The notes below the pieces were generated by a model, which made no database searches, was not told the DNA's origin, and worked only from the letters and a program-made list of their open reading frames with translations. The translations under genes were made by a program, and so were the position numbers. A DNA stretch of 64,000 nt, from positions 29,924 through 93,923 of the forward strand of contig JAKFDA010000071.1 in NCBI GenBank assembly GCA_036676355.1, written 5' to 3'. Position 1 is the first letter of the stretch. Each line of letters starts with the position of its first letter. Of this stretch, positions 21,952 through 31,335 are shown one piece after another. The DNA is from Nitrosomonadales bacterium (lineage in GTDB: Bacteria; Pseudomonadota; Gammaproteobacteria; Burkholderiales; SG8-39).

Positions 21952-23291
21952 GCCTGCTGCTCGATGCCCTGAAGCGCGCCGAAGAAGCCAAAAAGGCGCA
22001 GCGCGACGCGAATGAAGCGTCGCCGACTTCCACGGGCAACGAGCCGTTAAGCCTGGCGCCGCTGGACGAGCAGGGGTTCAGTGTAAGCGAAGGTGAAGTG
22101 CCGCCGCCGCTGATGACGCGCGACAAGCTGCCGAACATCAGTCAGTCGATGAGCATTCTGCCGGAAGATCTGTCAGTGCCACCGCAGCACCAGGCGAAGC
22201 CCGTCGAAAGCGTGAAGCGATCGAGCGACAATCGCCCGGCAAAGCAGTCCACGCAGAGCGCCTCGCTCGCATCCGCGCAGGCCGATCGAAACACCGCGCG
22301 ACAACTGTTCGAAGCCAAGGCGCCGAATTACGATCCACGTCGGCCCTTCTACATCGTGCTCGGTGCGCTGGGCATCTTCGCCGTCGGCGCAATCGCCTAT
22401 TTCTGGTATCAGCTTCAACCACCCGCTTTCGCGAGTCGCAAGACAACACCGCCGCAAAGCGCAGTGGAACGCACCACTGAAGCACGCGTCGCCTCGAACA
22501 CTCAATCGATTAGCAATGCTTTAGCCGCAACCGGCGGGGCATCGCCCGAAACGGCGGCTGCAAATGACGCGACCGCAATTTCGGTGGAGCCGCCGACGCC
22601 ACCAATGCGTCCCGCTCAATCTCGAGCAACGCCGGCGCCTCGTGAGACCCTCACCGCTCCGACAGCGCCCGCGCAACGCGACACGCGTAACGCCGATCAC
22701 ATCACGCTGATCAAATCCAGGCCGCACGGTCCGTCAGCGGCGGAACGGGGTTATACGGCTTTCGAGAGCGGCGATCTGGTCGCGGCGCGCACCCATTACC
22801 AGGCGGCGCTTACTGAAGATCCGCTCAGTCGCGACGCGCTGCTGGGCCTGGCCGCGATCGACATGCGTGAGCAGCATTACACGAGCGCCGAAGCACGCTA
22901 CGTCAGGCTGCTGGAAATCGATCCGCGCGACCCGTACGCACATGCCGGCCTGATCGGACTGCGCGGCCGCAGCGATCCCGTTGCGACGGAAAGCCGCATC
23001 AAGAATCTGCTCGCGCAACGACCGGATGCGAATGTCCTGCACTTCACGCTCGGCAATCAATATGCGACTCAGGGACGCTGGCCCGAGGCACAGCAAGCCT
23101 ATTTCAGGGCCTACTCGACCGACCCTGCGAATCCGGATTATGCGTTCAACCTTGCGGTGAGCCTCGATCAACTGCGGCAAAGCAAGCTGGCGCTCGAGTA
23201 CTATCGGAAGGCGCTGTCGCTTTCGAGCGCGCGGCCGGCGACTTTTCTTCCCTCTCAAGCGGAAGCTCGCATTCGTGAACTCGGCCGCTAA
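21948..23291 (+). CDS. TPR-repeat assembly protein with one TM segment (MshN-like)
   Basis: ATGA overlap with the secretin stop. The N-terminus is MSLLLDALKRAEEAKK, with a TM segment FYIVLGALGIFAVGAIAYFWYQL and TPR-like repeats in the C-terminal ~200 aa. Confidence 0.75.
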   Translation: MSLLLDALKRAEEAKKAQRDANEASPTSTGNEPLSLAPLDEQGFSVSEGEVPPPLMTRDKLPNISQSMSILPEDLSVPPQHQAKPVESVKRSSDNRPAKQSTQSASLASAQADRNTARQLFEAKAPNYDPRRPFYIVLGALGIFAVGAIAYFWYQLQPPAFASRKTTPPQSAVERTTEARVASNTQSISNALAATGGASPETAAANDATAISVEPPTPPMRPAQSRATPAPRETLTAPTAPAQRDTRNADHITLIKSRPHGPSAAERGYTAFESGDLVAARTHYQAALTEDPLSRDALLGLAAIDMREQHYTSAEARYVRLLEIDPRDPYAHAGLIGLRGRSDPVATESRIKNLLAQRPDANVLHFTLGNQYATQGRWPEAQQAYFRAYSTDPANPDYAFNLAVSLDQLRQSKLALEYYRKALSLSSARPATFLPSQAEARIRELGR

Positions 23292-23310
23292 TGTCACGGA
23301 GATTTTGCCA

Positions 23311-25014
23311 ATGGGCGCTTCGGCGCACGTCAAGCGCCACATCGGACAGATACTGATCTCGCAGGGCATCCTGACCGAAGATCAGTTGCGCATCGCGCTG
23401 CTGGAGCAGCTCAAATCGCGTCAGCCGGTCGGCCGATTGCTCGTGCAACTTGGATTCGTCTCGGAAGCAACGCTGCGCGACGCACTGTCCGAAAAGCTCG
23501 GACTCAAGAGTGTCGACCTGTCGCAGATCGTGGTCGACTCCACCGCCATCCGTCTGGTGCCGCGCGAGTTCGCCAAGCGTTACAACGTATTCCCGGTCGC
23601 GGTCGATCGCGAACGCGATGTGCTGATCCTGGCCATCTCGGACACGAACAATATCGTCGCGCTCGATCAGGTACGCGCGCAACTGCGCGGTCAATACGAA
23701 CTTGAATTGCGCCTGTCGGGCGAGTCGGAAATCGCCCGCGCCGTCGATCACTTCTACGGCCATGAATTGTCGATCGACGGCATCCTGCACGAGATCGAAA
23801 CCGGCGAAATCGATTACCAGAGTCTGCAAGCCGCAGGCGACGAATACAGTCAACCGGTTGTGCGGCTCGTATCCGCCCTGCTGGCCGATGCGGTGGAACG
23901 CAACGCCTCGGACATTCACTTCGAGCCGGAAGCGAATTTTCTGCGCATCCGCTATCGCATCGACGGTGTGTTGCGACAGATCCGCTCACTGCACAAGACC
24001 TACTGGCCGGCGATGGCGGTGCGCATCAAGGTGATGGCGAAAATGAATATCGCCGAAACCCGTGCGCCGCAGGACGGCCGGATTTCGCTTTCGCTCACCG
24101 GTCGGCAAGTCGATTTCCGCGTCGCATCGCAAGTGACGACGCACGGCGAGAACATCGTCCTGCGGATTCTCGATCGGCAGAAGGGCATCGTGCCGCTGGA
24201 CGGTCTCGGTCTGCAGGAAGAGCACCTCACCATGCTCAAGCGCATGATCGCGCGTCCCGAAGGCATCATTCTCGTCACCGGCCCGACCGGCAGCGGAAAA
24301 ACCACGACGCTGTATTCGATCCTGAATCACATCAATCACGACGGGGTCAACATCATGACCCTCGAAGATCCGGTCGAATATCCGATGACGCTGATTCGCC
24401 AGACCTCGGTGAACGAAGCGGCCAAGCTGGATTTCGGCAACGGCATCCGGTCGTTGATGCGACAGGACCCGGACATCATTCTGGTCGGCGAAATTCGCGA
24501 CGAAGACACGGCGCAAATGGCTTTTCGCGCATCGATGACCGGCCACCAGGTGTATTCGACGCTGCATTCCAATTCGGCCATCGGCGCGATCCCGCGTCTG
24601 CTCGACACCGGGCTGTCGGCCGAGGTGCTCGCCGGCAACGTCATCGGCATCATCGCGCAGCGCCTGGTACGCCGGCTGTGCAAACACTGCCGCCAGATTC
24701 ACGAGCCAAGCGATATCGAACGCAGGCTGCTCGGCATCCAGCCAGGCAACTCACAACGCATCTACCGGGCGGTCGGGTGTGACCACTGCGAGTTCCAGGG
24801 TTACAAGGGGCGGCTCGCCATCATGGAGTTGCTCAAGATCGATCCGGAAATCGACGAAATGATGGCTAATCGAGCCACCGCCCGGGAACTGCTGCGCAAG
24901 GCGCTGGAAAAAGGTTTCCATACCCTGGCGGATGACGGCGTCCGGCGCGTGCTGGACGGCTCGACCGCGCTGGACGAACTCATGCGCGTGGTGGATCTGA
25001 CCGACCGGATGTAG
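23311..25014 (+). CDS. GspE/PilB/MshE-family type IV filament assembly ATPase
   Basis: Walker A GPTGSGKTTTLYS, tetracysteine CKHC...CDHC and an N-terminal T2SSE_N/MshEN-like tandem motif. The start is ATG 23311; GTG 23275 is an alternative. Confidence 0.93.
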   Translation: MGASAHVKRHIGQILISQGILTEDQLRIALLEQLKSRQPVGRLLVQLGFVSEATLRDALSEKLGLKSVDLSQIVVDSTAIRLVPREFAKRYNVFPVAVDRERDVLILAISDTNNIVALDQVRAQLRGQYELELRLSGESEIARAVDHFYGHELSIDGILHEIETGEIDYQSLQAAGDEYSQPVVRLVSALLADAVERNASDIHFEPEANFLRIRYRIDGVLRQIRSLHKTYWPAMAVRIKVMAKMNIAETRAPQDGRISLSLTGRQVDFRVASQVTTHGENIVLRILDRQKGIVPLDGLGLQEEHLTMLKRMIARPEGIILVTGPTGSGKTTTLYSILNHINHDGVNIMTLEDPVEYPMTLIRQTSVNEAAKLDFGNGIRSLMRQDPDIILVGEIRDEDTAQMAFRASMTGHQVYSTLHSNSAIGAIPRLLDTGLSAEVLAGNVIGIIAQRLVRRLCKHCRQIHEPSDIERRLLGIQPGNSQRIYRAVGCDHCEFQGYKGRLAIMELLKIDPEIDEMMANRATARELLRKALEKGFHTLADDGVRRVLDGSTALDELMRVVDLTDRM

Positions 25015-25148
25015 CGGCTTCCGGCGTCTGTTCCGTCGCCCCGCAGGCTGAAAAGGGTGAAGGGCTTCACAAGCGTCCGCCTCTGCCGGTTTGACCATTC
25101 CCTTCAACGCGTTAACGTAGGCATCCGGATCTTCCCGACGTTCCATTC

Positions 25149-26348
25149 ATGGCGCTATACAGCTACAAGGCAATCGACGTCGCCGGCAAGGCGGTAGTCG
25201 GTCAGCTCGACGCGCTGAACGTCGTCGATCTGGAGTTGCGCCTTAAACGCATGGGGCTCGATCTCATTGTGGGCGGCCCGGCCGGGCGCAGCGGCGGCAG
25301 CGGTCGCGGCGTGAAGCGCACCGATCTGATCAATTTCTGCTTTCAGCTCGAACAGCTCACGACGTCGGGCGTGCCGATGATCGAAGGGCTGACCGATCTG
25401 CGCGACAGCCTCGACAACTCGCGCTTTCGCGAAATCATTTCCGGCCTCATCGAAGCGATCCAGGGCGGCCAGACGTTCTCCAGTTCGATGGCGAACTATC
25501 CTCATGTCTTCTCGCCGGTGATGCGAGCGCTCATCAAGGCGGGCGAAGACACCGGTCGACTGCCCGAGGTGCTGCGCAGCCTGACCGAAACCCTGAAGTG
25601 GGAAGATGAACTCGCCGCGCAGACCAAACGCATCATGATTTATCCGGCGATCGTCGGTACGCTGGTGATCGCCGTGACGTTCTTCCTGATGATCTACCTC
25701 GTGCCGCAGATGATGACCTTCATCAAGACGATGGGGCAGACCATCCCGATGCACACCCGGATCCTGATCGCCGTTTCCGATTTTTTCGTCAACTACTGGT
25801 GGTTCGTCATCCTCGCTCCGATCATCGGATTCGCGGTGCTGAAAATGCTCATCGCGCGCAACCCCCTTGTTCGTTATCGCGTCGACGCGATGAAGCTGCG
25901 CATGCCGGTCGTCGGCCCGATTCTCGAGAAAATCATTCTGTCGCGCTTCGCCAGCATCTTTGCGCTGATGTATTCGTCGGGCATCACGATCACGGAGTCG
26001 ATTCGCGCCGCCGAAGAATCGGCCGGCAACGCGGTCATCCAGGACGGCCTGCACCGCGTCGGCCAGCAGATCGCCGACGGCAAGAACGTCACGACCGCGT
26101 TTCGCGAAGTGGGGCTGTTCCCGCCGCTGGTCGTTCGCATGGTGAGCGTCGGCGAAAGCACCGGCATGCTGGATCGCGCCCTGTTGAACGTCGGGTACTT
26201 CTATAACCGCGAGGTACGCGAAGCGATTCCCAAGGCGCAAGCCATGATCGAACCCGCCATGACCATCGTTCTCGGCGCCTTGATGTTGTGGGTGATGATG
26301 TCGGTGCTCGGGCCGATCTACGACACAATCAGCAAGATCAAGTTCTAG
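25149..26348 (+). CDS. GspF/PilC/MshG-family inner-membrane platform protein
   Basis: 399 aa with a duplicated T2SSF-type architecture and three hydrophobic spans. It starts MALYSYKAIDVAGK. Confidence 0.93.
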   Translation: MALYSYKAIDVAGKAVVGQLDALNVVDLELRLKRMGLDLIVGGPAGRSGGSGRGVKRTDLINFCFQLEQLTTSGVPMIEGLTDLRDSLDNSRFREIISGLIEAIQGGQTFSSSMANYPHVFSPVMRALIKAGEDTGRLPEVLRSLTETLKWEDELAAQTKRIMIYPAIVGTLVIAVTFFLMIYLVPQMMTFIKTMGQTIPMHTRILIAVSDFFVNYWWFVILAPIIGFAVLKMLIARNPLVRYRVDAMKLRMPVVGPILEKIILSRFASIFALMYSSGITITESIRAAEESAGNAVIQDGLHRVGQQIADGKNVTTAFREVGLFPPLVVRMVSVGESTGMLDRALLNVGYFYNREVREAIPKAQAMIEPAMTIVLGALMLWVMMSVLGPIYDTISKIKF

Positions 26349-26358
26349 GCAACGCAAC

Positions 26359-27891
26359 GTGGCGCAAACACGACTCCTTTATTTCTCGCCGACCGGCGTC
26401 GCACTGTACCGATGGCGCGCCGGCGTGCTGAGCGAAGATGCCCGCTTCGAGCAATCGGACGCCGGCCTCGCGCGTTTTTCGGCCCATGTAGGCATACTTA
26501 AATCGAGCGTCGTTCACGTGCTGGTCGACGTCGTCGAAGAAGGCTTTCATATCGATACCATTCCGTTCGTGCGCGGCACGGACCGGAAAGCACTGATACA
26601 GCGCCGTCTTGCACAACGATTCCGCGATGTCACCCTGGCGACCAGCATTTCCCTCGGTTACGAGAAAACGCAACGACGCGAAGAACGAGTACTACTGACC
26701 TCGTGCACGAACCCCGGGGAAATCCAGCCCTGGCTTCGCGCGCTGGAACAGGCCGAAGTGCCGGTCTCGGGCGTGTACTCGCCTGCCCTCTTGGCGAACG
26801 CGCTTGCGACCACGTTAAAGCTCGCCAAGCCGCGCATGCTGGTCGTCGGCGTGCATGAGTGCGGCGTGCGTCAGAGCTATGTTCACAGCGGCTGCGTACG
26901 CTTCAGCCGCTTGAACCCATTCGCCGGCGAAGACGTCGCGACATCGCAGACCGTCATGGCCGCGCTCGAACGCGAAACCGAGCGGCTCTATCAATATCTG
27001 CGCGTCACGCACGAACTGAGCGACGACAGCCAGATCGTCAATGCGATCGTTATCGCACCACCCGGGCAAACCGCGCGCGTGCAGGACTTCAGCATCGGCT
27101 CCCCGACCCAACTGCGGATCGAAGTGGTCGATCAAAGTTTTGCGGCGAAGCGCATCGGCCTGAAGAACGCACCCGCTCACCTCGGCGTCGAAGCACTGTA
27201 CCTGCACCTGCTCGCCAGGAAGCGACCGGCGCAGCAATACGCCTCCAGGACCACACAGGCACTTTACGGCACGCGCAACCTGCAACTCGGTCTGGTCGCA
27301 TCCGGCGCGCTGGTCGGCCTGGCCTGCCTGTTCGCGGCGGGGATTCAACTGGTACAAGGATTCGATCTCAGCAGGGAGATCGAGTCGGATCAAGCCCGAC
27401 GTCAGGCGGCAGATTCCACATACAACGCCATTACCGCGGCCTTCCCGACGCTGCCGACCACGCTGGAGAATCTGCGCGCGGCTCTGCAGCAATACGATGC
27501 GTTGAACAACATCAACGCCCATCCCGCGCAGTTCGCGAGTCGGATCAGCCGGGCACTCGACCGCTTTCCTCAAATGAAACTGGAGCACCTGGCCTGGCGC
27601 ATGGAAACCGCGGTAAAAGACGCCGCCACCGGCTCTGCCCGCGCCGCCCCATATGAAGCGGCCGACATCAGTGCCACGGTGACGGGAATCGGTGCGAAGG
27701 ACTACCGCACACTCGGCAACTCCATCGAAGCCTTTGCCGAGGAACTGAAAGCCGCGCAAGGATTCGACGTGCTGGCGGCCGATCTGCCCTTCGATCTCGG
27801 CACCGAGAAAGCGGTCAGCAGCGAAGCAACCGGCAAAGCGCGCGAAAACGCCGCGCGTTTTTCCATCACCATCGCGAACAAAGCGCTATGA
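26359..27891 (+). CDS. Bitopic assembly protein, tentatively GspL / PilM-PilN-fusion (MshI)-like
   Basis: GTG start 10 nt after the platform gene. The ~300-aa cytoplasmic part is followed by a single TM (LQLGLVASGALVGLACLFAAGIQLV) and a ~170-aa periplasmic part. I recognised no catalytic motifs. The assignment rests on topology and position only. Confidence 0.5.
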   Translation: MAQTRLLYFSPTGVALYRWRAGVLSEDARFEQSDAGLARFSAHVGILKSSVVHVLVDVVEEGFHIDTIPFVRGTDRKALIQRRLAQRFRDVTLATSISLGYEKTQRREERVLLTSCTNPGEIQPWLRALEQAEVPVSGVYSPALLANALATTLKLAKPRMLVVGVHECGVRQSYVHSGCVRFSRLNPFAGEDVATSQTVMAALERETERLYQYLRVTHELSDDSQIVNAIVIAPPGQTARVQDFSIGSPTQLRIEVVDQSFAAKRIGLKNAPAHLGVEALYLHLLARKRPAQQYASRTTQALYGTRNLQLGLVASGALVGLACLFAAGIQLVQGFDLSREIESDQARRQAADSTYNAITAAFPTLPTTLENLRAALQQYDALNNINAHPAQFASRISRALDRFPQMKLEHLAWRMETAVKDAATGSARAAPYEAADISATVTGIGAKDYRTLGNSIEAFAEELKAAQGFDVLAADLPFDLGTEKAVSSEATGKARENAARFSITIANKAL

Positions 27892-28490
27892 ACGGCCGTC
27901 GTTTCCATCTTCTCGGCGCCGCGGGAATTGGCGCAGCCCTGATCGTCGCAGGTGTCGCCGCCTTGTACGCAGCAACGTCCTATGTCGATGCGCTTAAGGC
28001 GGAACAGAAGAACGCATTGCAACAACGAAAGCAGTCGGAAGAAAAACTCGCGCGGATTCGTATCGAGGGAGAGGAAATCGATTTGCGCGTGGCGAAGTAC
28101 GAACTGCTCGTCGCGCGCGGCGTGATCGGCGACGAACGCAGGCTCGACTGGATCGAGGCGCTGGAGCAGATCCGCGCGAGCGATCCTGCGCGGCAACTCC
28201 GCTACGCGATCGCGCCGCAGAAGGCGCTCGATTACGCCGTAGCCGGGACGGCGGACGTATCCGCACGTACCAGCCAGCTAAAGCTGGATGCAGTCGTCCT
28301 GCATGAAGAGCGCTTCCTGGGATTGCTGAGCGAACTGCGCGCCGCACTGCCGGCCCATATGCTGATCAGATCGTGCGCGCTCGATCGGCCGGTCGCCGCA
28401 GTCGCGACCGCGGCCGGCGCCGGCCTGAACGTCAGTTGCGTGCTGGACCTCGTCACGATCACCGATCAGGGAAAGGAAAAGGCGCCATGA
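27888..28490 (+). CDS. Bitopic assembly protein, tentatively PilO/GspM/MshJ-like
   Basis: ATGA overlap with the upstream gene. The 200-aa product has an N-terminal TM (LLGAAGIGAALIVAGVAALYA), a charged coiled-coil-like stretch and a C-terminal globular part. Confidence 0.5.
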   Translation: MNGRRFHLLGAAGIGAALIVAGVAALYAATSYVDALKAEQKNALQQRKQSEEKLARIRIEGEEIDLRVAKYELLVARGVIGDERRLDWIEALEQIRASDPARQLRYAIAPQKALDYAVAGTADVSARTSQLKLDAVVLHEERFLGLLSELRAALPAHMLIRSCALDRPVAAVATAAGAGLNVSCVLDLVTITDQGKEKAP

Positions 28491-28858
28491 AACGCAACGT
28501 GACGCTTTTCGCACTTCCCCTCGTACTAATGCTTTCGGGCTATTTCACCGAAGCCTTCGCTGAACAAAGATTGGGGCGGCTGTTCTACACCCCCGACCAA
28601 CGCGTCGCGATGGAGCGCCAAGTCGTCGACGACAGCGCTGCAACCACCGATTCACGCATAACGATCAATGGACGCATTACCCGATCGGACGGCAAAAGCA
28701 TCACCTGGGTCAACGGCACGCCCGACTATGACTCGCAATCCCCTGGCACGCCGAATCGCCGCAGCAAGGTCGGTCAATCCATCGACGCAGGAACGGGCGA
28801 AGTGCATGATGGTTTGCGGGGAGGTAGCCTTGTTATCAAACGCAAACCGACACATTAG
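28487..28858 (+). CDS. Small secreted protein, tentatively PilP/MshK/GspC-HR-like
   Basis: ORF 28373..28858 trimmed to ATG 28487, which forms an ATGA overlap. The signal peptide is MKRNVTLFALPLVLMLSGYFTEAFA. The product is 123 aa, with RITINGRITRSDGKSITWVNG suggesting a beta-rich domain. Confidence 0.5.
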   Translation: MKRNVTLFALPLVLMLSGYFTEAFAEQRLGRLFYTPDQRVAMERQVVDDSAATTDSRITINGRITRSDGKSITWVNGTPDYDSQSPGTPNRRSKVGQSIDAGTGEVHDGLRGGSLVIKRKPTH

Positions 28859-30521
28859 GCAACATGGCCGCCGCGTTAAACAGCGCGGATATACCGCGAT
28901 ATTGATGGTTGTCGCCTTGGTAATGGGCTCTCTGGCGTTTGTCGTACGAGGCATGACCAGTTCGGACATGAGGCACGCGCAAGAAGGACAGACCCGACAA
29001 GCACTTGCTCAAGCAAAAGAAGCTCTTATAGCCTGGTCCGCTACGCATGCATCACAACCCGGAGCGTTGCCGTGCCCGGATACAAACGGTGACGGATACG
29101 CGGATACTGATATAGCGCCAGCGAATAGCGTCCTTGACGCCACTCCTACACCTGCTCAAGACGCCACACGTAACAATAACGCCTTGGCGGGTGGTTATTG
29201 CAGTACTGCGGCACGGCGAATTGGTCGTCTGCCCTGGAGAACATTGCGGCTGCCCGAGTTAACCGACGTCTCTGGAGAACCGCTTTGGTACGCTCTTTCG
29301 GACCATTTTCGGCGATTAGGAAGCCGAAAAATCAATAGCAACACCCGCGGGCAACTGACTATTACTGGCGTTGCGCGAGCGAATGATGTTGTAGCGATTA
29401 TTTTCGCGCCCGGCCCAGCAATTGATGGACAGAATCGCAATGCTGCGAATCTCAATAACATCGCGCATTACCTTGAAGGCGCGAACGCAGACGCCGATGC
29501 ATTGAACCAATTTGAAACGGCGATCGGAAGTGCGTCATTTAACGACCAATTGATGCCCGTACGAGAAGATGATCTGTTCGAAATTGTAGAAAACGCTGTC
29601 GCCAGCCGGGTAACCTCAATGCTGCGGTATTACCGCGATCAATGGAAACAGCCCTCACCTTCCGGCATTGCAAAACCGATTTTCCCCTTCGCTGCGCCTG
29701 CCGATCCCAATCAAACAGTGGCTGACTTCTGCGGAGTTATACCGCCAGCAGGACAACCAAGCGAAGGACTGTTGCCAATTAGCGAAGAGCCAACCTGCAT
29801 CAGATGGACTAACCCATCAATATCGGAACCTGCCGGACGAGTTACGAACCTAGTCTGCCAAGATCAATCGGGGTCTGTCCCACCGTCTGAACCAGATGAG
29901 GATCGGATGGCTGCCATGGTATGCACATTCGACTACAGCGTTGGAAGCGGAAGTAACTCACCGTTTGTCATCCGCGCACGTGTTCAGAGTGCTGCAATGA
30001 CCTTGGCTTTACCGATAAAGCTAAGTGATATTAAGTATGGGGCCGCACCATATGCGGGCCAAAATCTTGGGCTAGAAATTGCTCAGTCTTTTATAGGTGG
30101 CGACTTAGAAGTGATGTACACAGGAGTAATTCCCCCGGGCGCAGGGTCCGCCAGGATCGTTTTTCCCATCTACTCCTTGCGAATCAAATATCCTTTATCG
30201 GAGGGAAAGACAACTGCGTGGTTTTTCAACAATGAGTGGTATCGCTTTACTTACTACGCAGTGATCCCACAACGATTAGCCAACTCGTCGGGGAATTGTT
30301 TGCCGGGAACTGATTGCTTAACGGTGTCCGGTTTATCTGCGCCTGCCGACGCAGAGGCTATCTTGGTATCTGCCGGTGGCGCGCTTCAAAATCAAACAAG
30401 GCCGAGCAGCGATATCAGCGACTATTTTGAATGGCAAAACGCTTCTGTCGGTGATCGTGTATTTGAAAAGCATCGCAGGACGCCTCAATTTAACGATCAG
30501 ATGCGCATAGTTTCGCCATGA
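28806..30521 (+). CDS. Large GspK/PilX-like minor pseudopilin (prepilin-like N-terminus lacking Glu5)
   Basis: ORF 28668..30521. The N-terminal KQRG|YTAILMVVALVMGSLAF resembles a prepilin cleavage site and hydrophobic helix, but with Leu at +5. The start is uncertain (ATG 28806/28809, TTG 28827 or ATG 28908). The product is about 570 aa and the gene has lower GC. Confidence 0.6.
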   Translation: MMVCGEVALLSNANRHIRQHGRRVKQRGYTAILMVVALVMGSLAFVVRGMTSSDMRHAQEGQTRQALAQAKEALIAWSATHASQPGALPCPDTNGDGYADTDIAPANSVLDATPTPAQDATRNNNALAGGYCSTAARRIGRLPWRTLRLPELTDVSGEPLWYALSDHFRRLGSRKINSNTRGQLTITGVARANDVVAIIFAPGPAIDGQNRNAANLNNIAHYLEGANADADALNQFETAIGSASFNDQLMPVREDDLFEIVENAVASRVTSMLRYYRDQWKQPSPSGIAKPIFPFAAPADPNQTVADFCGVIPPAGQPSEGLLPISEEPTCIRWTNPSISEPAGRVTNLVCQDQSGSVPPSEPDEDRMAAMVCTFDYSVGSGSNSPFVIRARVQSAAMTLALPIKLSDIKYGAAPYAGQNLGLEIAQSFIGGDLEVMYTGVIPPGAGSARIVFPIYSLRIKYPLSEGKTTAWFFNNEWYRFTYYAVIPQRLANSSGNCLPGTDCLTVSGLSAPADAEAILVSAGGALQNQTRPSSDISDYFEWQNASVGDRVFEKHRRTPQFNDQMRIVSP

Positions 30522-31189
30522 ATGTAGGTCCACCGCGTCGCGCCTTGATGCAACACGGCTTCACTTTGGTCGAAGTGGCCATCGTAATGATAATTGTCGG
30601 CCTGCTTCTAGGTGGGGCCATCATGACTCTGACCGCGCAAATGGAAATCCGAAACAGAGCCGAAACCCGGGACACACTGGAGCGCGCACGTGAGGCGCTG
30701 TTAGGCTTTGCCGCAGCCAATGGAAGGCTTCCTTGCACAGCATCGGGGATCGGGGCGACACCACAGGTTAGAGCTAGCGAAAACTGTACGATTAGCTCTG
30801 ACGGATTCTTTCCGGCATCAACGCTCGCTATTGGCCCTACTGACCCTGAGAGCGGTCTACTAATCGATGCCTGGGGACGTCCGATTCGCTATGCGGTCAC
30901 CGATCAAGGCGGCAACGCATTCACAACATCGGGCAAGATGCAGGCACTGGGCATATCGAACCTGGATCCCGATCTAGTCATCAAAAACCGGAGCAATCAG
31001 ATCCTCACCGATAAAGTGGTAGCGGTGCTGATCTCGACCGGCAAGACGACGACTAGTGGTGTCGATGAAAATACTAATAGCGACCGTTTTTTTGTAAGCG
31101 ATGCCGAAGACGCCACGTTCGATGATCTTGTACTACCGCTTTCCCCGTACACGCTCTACAGCCGCATGATCGCCGCTGGCGCACTCTGA
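30518..31189 (+). CDS. Prepilin-type N-terminal cleavage/methylation domain protein (minor pilin/pseudopilin)
   Basis: ATGA overlap with the upstream gene. The N-terminus is MNVGPPRRALMQHG|FTLVEVAIVMIIVGLLLGG, with Glu5 present. The product is 223 aa. Confidence 0.88.
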   Translation: MNVGPPRRALMQHGFTLVEVAIVMIIVGLLLGGAIMTLTAQMEIRNRAETRDTLERAREALLGFAAANGRLPCTASGIGATPQVRASENCTISSDGFFPASTLAIGPTDPESGLLIDAWGRPIRYAVTDQGGNAFTTSGKMQALGISNLDPDLVIKNRSNQILTDKVVAVLISTGKTTTSGVDENTNSDRFFVSDAEDATFDDLVLPLSPYTLYSRMIAAGAL

Positions 31190-31335
31190 GACTTTTTCCT
31201 CATTCCTTAATGTGCACTGCCGACAATTAGCCAAGTTGCGGCAGCATTTCGTGGTTCTTGCTCATCCGGCTTCGTAGAATCGATTCCGCATGCAGATCGC
31301 ATGTACCGATCGGCGGCATTCCAACACCAAAAAAT

